From the NCBI GenBank assembly GCA_043812495.1, contig JBDRMG010000065.1, positions 2,339 to 66,338 on the forward strand: a stretch of 64,000 bases of DNA, read 5' to 3'. The notes under the pieces are model-generated. The model was given only the letters and a program-made list of their open reading frames with translations, was not told where the DNA came from and did not search any database. Made by a program: the position numbers and the translations under genes. This document shows, piece by piece, positions 63,001-64,000 of the stretch. Position 1 is the stretch's first letter. Each line of letters begins with the position of its first letter. The stretch is from Candidatus Omnitrophota bacterium. GTDB lineage: Bacteria; Omnitrophota; Gorgyraeia; Zapsychrales; JBDRMG01.

Positions 63001-64000
63001 ATCTTAGGAGACAAGCACTACGCCATCCATGGTCCCTACATGGCCACCATCATGAAGCTCATCGACGCCGGTCAATCCTTATCCGTTCAGGTTCACCCGG
63101 CCATGGGGCATCCCACGCGTCCGGCCAAGCCGGAGATGTGGATGGTCGGTCCGGCCGGCGCAAAATTATTCCTTGGATTTAACCAAGATGTCTCTTCCGA
63201 AATCTTAAGGGAGGCTTATGAAAACGGTACTCTCGAAGATTTGCTTTATCAAATGAGCCCGAACCCGGGAGACCTTGTTGTGGTCAGCGGCGCCTTAACC
63301 CATGCCATAAGAGCCGGCACAACCATCTGGGAATGGTCACATGCGCCAACCGGAGAAGAAATCGCCAAAGGCGATATCAAGAAAGCCACCGTGGCGCCTT
63401 GGGACCGAACAGACGGCAAAAAGCCGCGACAGGGCAAGGAAGATTTAGAAGGCACCATCGAAGTCCTGGATGACGCGACCGACAGAGCGGGTATTCCGGC
63501 CTATCAGAAGATAGATTTGAGCAAGGTCTACAGCCAAAGAAAAACAAAATATTCCGACAATAGCGGTAACAAAATTGACAGGCTCTTCACGACGACAGAG
63601 GTTGTTGTGGATGAGATAACCGTCACTGCTGCTTTGGATCAAGACACCAACGGCAACGGCTATCCGATCTTTATTCTCGAAGGTTCCCTTGAAATCCGCG
63701 CTCCGGACAATACATTAGTTGCGACGTTAAAGAAAAATGACTGCGTTCTTATCCCCGCCTATTTAGAAAAACATATCTTCATCAATAAATCCTCTAAGCC
63801 TTCCAAGATTGTCAAGTGGTATGCGCCCATAGGTCCTTCAGCTGTCTTTTCTCCTGCGATTAATGAATGTCTTGATATGAGTTCATCTGATTTCAAAAAT
63901 GAATTATTGAAGAAACAAATGATAGGTTGGGGAGAGTTATTTCTTGGAATTGCTTTCATTGCCTGCTTGATATGGGCACCTTCTTTTGAAAATGGAACTA
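1..64000 (+). CDS. Single uninterrupted giant ORF (frame +1), partial at both window edges; over 21,333 codons inside the window; mosaic multi-domain, multi-transmembrane giant protein
   Basis: Frame 1 translated codon by codon over every 60-nt line of the window with no TAA/TAG/TGA found. Translation is protein-like over most of its length, and every recognisable domain (TPR, LysM, FHA, M23, GlgA-like, PMI-like and others) is in this same frame. All other frames are fragmented into ORFs of 60-232 aa, as in the supplied track. Confidence 0.85.
199..900 (+). repeat. Array of 7 tandem TPR repeats (34 aa / 102 nt period), repeated at both DNA and protein level
   Basis: Seven consecutive units of the form AWYNRGNALTELGRYAEAIASYDSALIYKPDDAG, starting at 199, 301, 403, 505, 607, 709 and 811. 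Canonical TPR positions (W-NRG-AL--LGRY-EAI-SYD-A----P) are kept in each. Confidence 0.9.
2905..4160 (+). other. Polytopic membrane domain of about 11-12 helices; possibly a GT-C fold glycosyltransferase (PMT/ArnT-like)
   Basis: A run of hydrophobic 20-25 aa segments (LKVVTLAGLGLGVFLL, MLTAFIALGILALAGICV, ELPLLTVCALAFI, ..., YIIIGLLLSVLLIQA). An acidic DE motif (NGPFIDESFYSV) sits in the first predicted extracytoplasmic loop, as in PMT_2/ArnT-type enzymes. A soluble domain follows at 4200-4560. Confidence 0.35.
7084..7356 (+). other. Type IX secretion C-terminal sorting domain-like module (Por_Secre_tail-like), placed inside the ORF rather than at a C-terminus
   Basis: LHQNYANPFGGEGTTIEYELKEPVKTVDIEIFNILGQKVIEFRDLENGKGIHEIRWDGKDGNGEGSASGIYFYRLKVDGRIIESKKAMLI matches the consensus QNYPNPFNP.T.I.Y.L.....V.L.IYD..G..V......aG.h...WDG.d..G..vaSGvYfYrL.......kKm.L of T9SS type A CTDs. 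Confidence 0.7.
7396..7460 (+). other. Tripartite sorting-signal-like motif (SPTLP - hydrophobic helix - TRRRK) directly after the T9SS CTD-like module
   Basis: SPTLPLLAGLLLTPAIVTRRRKTG: a short motif, a hydrophobic span and a basic cluster, the architecture of PEP-CTERM/IPTL-CTERM-type signals. The assignment to a specific family is uncertain. Confidence 0.3.
8193..8284 (+). repeat. Palindromic multi-hairpin repeat element A, copy 1, inserted in frame (encodes SGTCPAGFAKGKTTSGTGPEAAMKIASGPVPA)
   Basis: Contains gggacctgtccc, ttttgccaaaggcaaaa, gggacaggtccc and gggacctgtccc inverted repeats. The 3-prime 49 nt are identical to copy 2 at 13878-13968. Confidence 0.8.
8343..8765 (-). CDS. vapC: PIN-domain toxin (VapC-like, TIGR00305-type PIN family), 140 aa, nested antisense inside the giant ORF
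   Basis: MLKAVVDTNIVVSGLL...GKILDKL....LVLSDRI.DEF.EVINRPKF.......KIAE.....AFFVEP....PIV.DP.DDKFLHAARE.GVDCIVSGDRHLLSLG....IPIL.AAEFLK fits the PIN consensus, with the conserved acidic residues (D6, E44, D95-like, SGD near the C-terminus) in place. Composition is protein-like, not S/L-rich. Confidence 0.85.
   Translation of the reverse strand: MLKAVVDTNIVVSGLLKPYSHCGKILDKLSQETFTLVLSDRIFDEFVEVINRPKFEKIIPKATVLKIAETIKDQAFFVEPLRRDPIVKADPSDDKFLHAAREGGVDCIVSGDRHLLSLGNFGKIPILPAAEFLKVLGKSR
8746..8985 (-). CDS. Putative antitoxin partner of the PIN toxin (79 aa, K/R/E-rich), GTG start, overlaps the toxin start by 20 nt
   Basis: Sits immediately upstream of the PIN gene on the same strand with the start/stop overlap typical of type II TA operons. 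A GGAGG Shine-Dalgarno lies 10 nt upstream of the GTG, and a sigma70-like promoter sits just upstream. Confidence 0.55.
   Translation of the reverse strand: MIKYSMNISEKEVEKIVDRMPKRFKLKLARKLNNETFRERWQGIFKDIRKRLRRHLVSQKEINDEIKAYRQDQYAQGRC
9010..9038 (-). promoter_or_regulatory. Sigma70-like promoter for the nested minus-strand TA operon: TTGACA-N17-TATACT, then a GGAGG SD and GTG start
   Basis: Minus-strand reading of 9038..8983 gives TTGACAggccaagagaaagcgacTATACTtaatttatcGGAGGagaagaaaccGTG. The -35 is a perfect consensus and the -10 matches 5 of 6. Confidence 0.5.
9160..9257 (+). repeat. Repeat element B, copy 1 (TM helix - FKNR - QRQGPPxGEARPPAKxRISPAL); the 65-nt core is highly conserved
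   Basis: Core ccagggcccgcctaaaggcgaggcacgcccgccggcgaaaacgagaatttcccccgccct. It is nearly identical to 13093-13157 and similar to 12451-12515, and partly to 10093-10150. It contains a cgcc-taaa-ggcg hairpin and a cgccggcg palindrome. Confidence 0.75.
9781..9957 (+). other. LysM domain. Its C-terminal 71 nt are an exact duplicate of 9408-9478, which is a partial LysM copy.
   Basis: YVIKSGDTLTEIIERELGVSAYRPVVNGQMPYEIIAENNGITDPNLIYPQDTIQM has the LysM pattern (Y.V..GDTL..IA....-....I...N.I.....I..GQ.L.IP). 9408-9478 is identical to 9885-9955 at every nucleotide. Confidence 0.7.
10040..10150 (+). repeat. Repeat element B, copy 2 (degenerate 3-prime half)
   Basis: ttaaaaaaccgcgcggcggttaaggacatgcttgaaacatccctgcagcgccagggcccgcc, then diverged sequence. 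Confidence 0.6.
10315..10509 (+). other. Second LysM-like module
   Basis: ITAVNVESGDTWGHITLDYYKTQGQGVGQLWGPDGKAYTLWSEVYGPGSDYTDMDHIRTGETIDL: an SGDTW...I..YY start and an I..G..I.L end, with a longer internal loop. Confidence 0.45.
11040..11460 (+). repeat. Acidic tandem repeats, about 3.5 units of 41-47 aa (E/S/T/A/Q-rich)
   Basis: Units start at 11061, 11184 and 11325: SSAEAAVVAGSQEASQTVEPADTQAVVSEGTEV.SEGSDNG. The period is 123-141 nt and the DNA is nearly identical between units. Confidence 0.85.
12400..12515 (+). repeat. Repeat element B, copy 3
   Basis: ttcaaaaaccgcgcggcggcgaaggaaatacttgagacatcggttcagcgccagggcccgcctaaaggcgaggtaaatccgccggcgggaataaagatctcccccgccct. Confidence 0.75.
13055..13157 (+). 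repeat. Repeat element B, copy 4
   Basis: ttcaaaaaccgtaaagtgcttgatgcatccatcccgcgccagggcccgcctatcggcgaggcacgcccgccggcgaaagcgagaatttcccccgccct. Confidence 0.75.
13878..13968 (+). repeat. Palindromic multi-hairpin repeat element A, copy 2, in frame; first two hairpins are flipped relative to copy 1
   Basis: agggacaggtccc...tagttttgcctttggcaaaatta...gggacaggtcccgaagccgctatgaagatagcctcgggacctgtccctg. The central hairpin is the exact reverse complement of the copy-1 hairpin (loop aaa vs ttt; ct vs ag). Confidence 0.8.
14284..14500 (+). other. FHA (forkhead-associated) phosphopeptide-binding domain
   Basis: SRHLAVTITPEGLAQLTDLGSENGTFIHARAEEV matches the FHA core (R.H..i.......i.DLgS.NGTfvN...i). 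Confidence 0.6.
16024..16116 (+). other. Internal C-terminal-sorting-signal-like motif no.1 (PCLTGTIIE - helix - QRRRSSR)
   Basis: FPCLTGTIIEMAAVVLLAGLGVWAAQRRRSSR: a motif, a hydrophobic span and a basic tail. Confidence 0.5.
17797..17895 (+). other. Internal C-terminal-sorting-signal-like motif no.2 (LPGVTGTIID - helix - QRKW)
   Basis: GLILPGVTGTIIDVLVVALLLAGLGVLAVQRKWF. It is 85 percent nucleotide-identical to motif no.3. Confidence 0.55.
17925..18075 (+). repeat. Array of degenerate 7-nt tandem repeats with dyad symmetry (agcgttt/agcgtag/agcgtat ... acgctat/ctcctat x3/ccgctat x4 ...) around a 9-bp-stem hairpin
   Basis: The left arm (agcgtNN)n is the reverse complement of the right arm (NNacgct)n. 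The hairpin agcgtatag(17948-17956)/ctatacgct(17973-17981) sits in the middle. Four perfect ccgctat units lie at 18004-18031. The region is in frame, and the unit length is not a multiple of 3. Confidence 0.85.
18835..18945 (+). other. Internal C-terminal-sorting-signal-like motif no.3 (LPGLTGTIIE - helix - QKRGWSRR)
   Basis: GGLILPGLTGTIIEVLVVALLLAGLGVLAQKRGWSRR. Confidence 0.55.
18967..19016 (+). repeat. Repeat element C, copy 1: palindrome gtcgggatcccgac, a 24-nt loop, then gtcggga; in frame (GIPTSTISF)
   Basis: gtcgggatcccgacttcaacaatttcatttaagagaacgtcgggattccg. Confidence 0.7.
21421..21525 (+). other. Internal C-terminal-sorting-signal-like motif no.4 (LPGVTGTLIE - helix - YRNWF)
   Basis: CLGLILPGVTGTLIEVLALLAIAGLGIIWIYRNWF. 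Confidence 0.5.
21608..21684 (+). repeat. Repeat element C, copy 2, including a 38-nt near-perfect palindrome (21610-21647); in frame (GTPTSTISY)
   Basis: gtcccgacgctccgaccataggtcggaggtcgggactccgacttccacaatttcatatggggaaacgtcggag. Confidence 0.7.
21840..22160 (-). CDS. Nested antisense small protein of 106 aa, charged and coiled-coil-like, function unknown (the track version of 119 aa starts at a TTG inside the -35 box)
   Basis: MKIKGNKTTKPLKEFSKDREFAVVLEKIHTDMRAIAEGQSILRDKLDATMGMVARNAEDITTISLRSSFMKEELTKINGKLAKMEEDIRTIKEDFGKRLTHLEAVK is K/E/D/R-rich and S/L-poor, as real proteins are. The opposing frame +1 peptide here is S/L/I-rich, which looks like passenger sequence. A sigma70-like promoter lies directly upstream. 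Confidence 0.5.
   Translation of the reverse strand: MKIKGNKTTKPLKEFSKDREFAVVLEKIHTDMRAIAEGQSILRDKLDATMGMVARNAEDITTISLRSSFMKEELTKINGKLAKMEEDIRTIKEDFGKRLTHLEAVK
22171..22199 (-). promoter_or_regulatory. Sigma70-like promoter TTGACA-N17-TAAAAT for the nested minus-strand small gene; near-leaderless
   Basis: Minus strand: TTGACAatatttttgtgctggatTAAAATaagcgccatcATG. The -35 is perfect and the -10 matches 5 of 6. About 10 nt separate the -10 from the ATG. Confidence 0.45.
22507..22541 (+). repeat. Repeat element C, copy 3 (subfamily with atcaaaatctcg)
   Basis: ggcatcccgacttccacgaatcaaaatctcggcag. Confidence 0.55.
27420..27800 (+). other. Peptidase M23 (LytM/lysostaphin-like) metallopeptidase domain
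   Basis: EWEHKGIDLVVETNMFIYVPKEFDGAKV...HYGNVIDITKV...YTLRIAHVGTVWPDLGDIVKTGQVLALTDVITGWAHQSMLPGSKMLEHIHVEILKNGKNVDPEEHM has the H.G.D ... G....HLHFE...nG..vdP layout of M23 peptidases. Confidence 0.7.
44797..45126 (+). repeat. Conserved ~110-aa repeat domain R, copy 1 (unknown function)
   Basis: HAKPRLGFTEDDVVAEAKDIIHSEKIHTFAILTEETPYVKAVLDYYEQNNQLEKAKRLRDRLSGHMVREGPMTTAFGANLDGYILIATNDNPNPASVTIHENNNGTHADK. The same domain recurs at 47968-48300 and 56395-56735 with mostly synonymous differences. Confidence 0.8.
45154..46760 (+). other. glgA: Glycogen/starch synthase (GlgA, GT5-like) catalytic module embedded in the giant ORF
   Basis: KLNIVAVSPEVAPFSKSGGLGDVIQGLPKSLA is the GlgA N-terminal ADP-glucose-binding motif (V.SE..PF.KTGGLaDV.gaLP.aL). 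Further GlgA-type motifs: LHTHDWQTSL, GILNGLDYQEFDPQTD, LISMVGRITVQKGLALL, IVLAGKPD and [34 protein letters not shown]. Confidence 0.85.
47968..48300 (+). repeat. Repeat domain R, copy 2
   Basis: KAKPRLGFTQDDVVTEARGIIDSEKINTFAILTKETPYVKAVLDYYERTNQQEKANRLRARLSGHMVREGPMTTAFGANLGGYTLIATNDNPNPSSVTIHENNNGTHADNS. Confidence 0.8.
48640..49380 (+). other. Sugar-1-phosphate nucleotidyltransferase-like module (GlgC / ADP-glucose pyrophosphorylase-like)
   Basis: FFVGLHGGGSSSRNPKFTQIGK is a G-rich NTP-transferase loop. WGVAAVDDFGHIIEFKEKP resembles GlgC YGVM.vDe.GrIieF.EKP. It sits 1.9 kb downstream of the GlgA-like module. Confidence 0.5.
56395..56735 (+). repeat. Repeat domain R, copy 3
   Basis: HAKPRPGYTEEDVVKEATEIITSGRINNQAAWAILTEDVDWIKAVLDYYEITHQTEKAERLRARLSGRMVREGPMTTAFGANLNGYILIATNDNPNPAAVLAHENHGKSHSEN. 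Confidence 0.8.
57058..57098 (+). repeat. Repeat element C, copy 4 (subfamily with atcaaaatctcg)
   Basis: gaagtcgacatcccgacttcaaaagatcaaaatctcgctgg. Confidence 0.55.
57895..58600 (+). other. GT2-like (GT-A fold) glycosyltransferase module
   Basis: ECYVPTFDRPDTLHRVLISLKTH ... NVAAVIHDDSRDKS follows the GT2 pattern (iP.yN....L...L.Sl..Q, then a D.D/DDgS.D motif). Confidence 0.4.
60780..61900 (+). other. Nucleotidyltransferase-like region ending in left-handed beta-helix hexapeptide repeats
   Basis: ILIGNC QISPDV QVTNSI LIDVRL TGQGHV KNSVLI GTE shows 6-residue periodicity, typical of the C-terminal LbH domains of sugar-nucleotide pyrophosphorylases. The upstream part (WGDEIQIP...GGINLGS) is nucleotidyltransferase/fucokinase-like. 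Confidence 0.35.
62890..63400 (+). other. Type I phosphomannose isomerase (ManA-like cupin) module
   Basis: GELWLASDD..., then LIDAGQSLSVQVHP (the PMI zinc-binding QVHP motif), then PGDLVVVSGALTHAIRAGTTIWEWS (PMI pG.aifipAGt.HAy..G...E motif). Confidence 0.65.

Noticed and set aside
1-64000. Explaining the stop-free frame by an alternative genetic code (TGA or TAG/TAA reassigned)
   Set aside because: Frame +1 lacks all three stop triplets, not just one, so no known code is needed to explain it. The other frames terminate normally with TAA, TAG and TGA.
1-64000. Interpreting the window as many separate same-strand genes
   Set aside because: There is no stop codon in the shared frame between any of the modules. 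All modules are in the identical frame, which independent genes would not be.
1-64000. rRNA, tRNA or other canonical RNA genes
   Set aside because: No stretch has rRNA-like conserved motifs or a tRNA cloverleaf with an anticodon loop that I could recognise. The whole window is occupied by frame +1 coding sequence.

Overview
The whole 64 kb window is one uninterrupted open reading frame on the + strand in frame 1 (codons at 1,4,7,...). I translated it line by line and found no TAA, TAG or TGA; it runs off both window edges, so the window holds more than 21,333 codons of one gene. The product is a mosaic giant protein with about 60 hydrophobic helices spread along it. The enzyme, binding and sorting domains called along it, all in the same frame, are listed under features. 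The five other frames break up at the normal rate. The supplied ORF track never lists frame 1, which may reflect a length cap or an annotation filter in how the track was built.

This fits the giant multi-transmembrane genes reported from Omnitrophota-type uncultivated bacteria. I cannot establish taxonomy from sequence alone.

The structure between the domains is the most interesting part. C-terminal-type sorting signals lie in the middle of the ORF and are followed by N-terminal-signal-like helices. The linkers between them look like old intergenic regions and carry three families of hairpin-forming repeats inserted in frame. One linker holds a 7-nt repeat array with dyad symmetry. On the minus strand, two linkers contain real-looking nested genes, each with its own TTGACA-N17 promoter. 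One is a PIN-domain VapC toxin with an overlapping upstream partner; the other is a 106-aa charged, coiled-coil-like protein. Frame +1 stays stop-free through all of these even where its own translation looks like passenger sequence, so selection is holding the frame open.

I found no rRNA, tRNA or CRISPR array.
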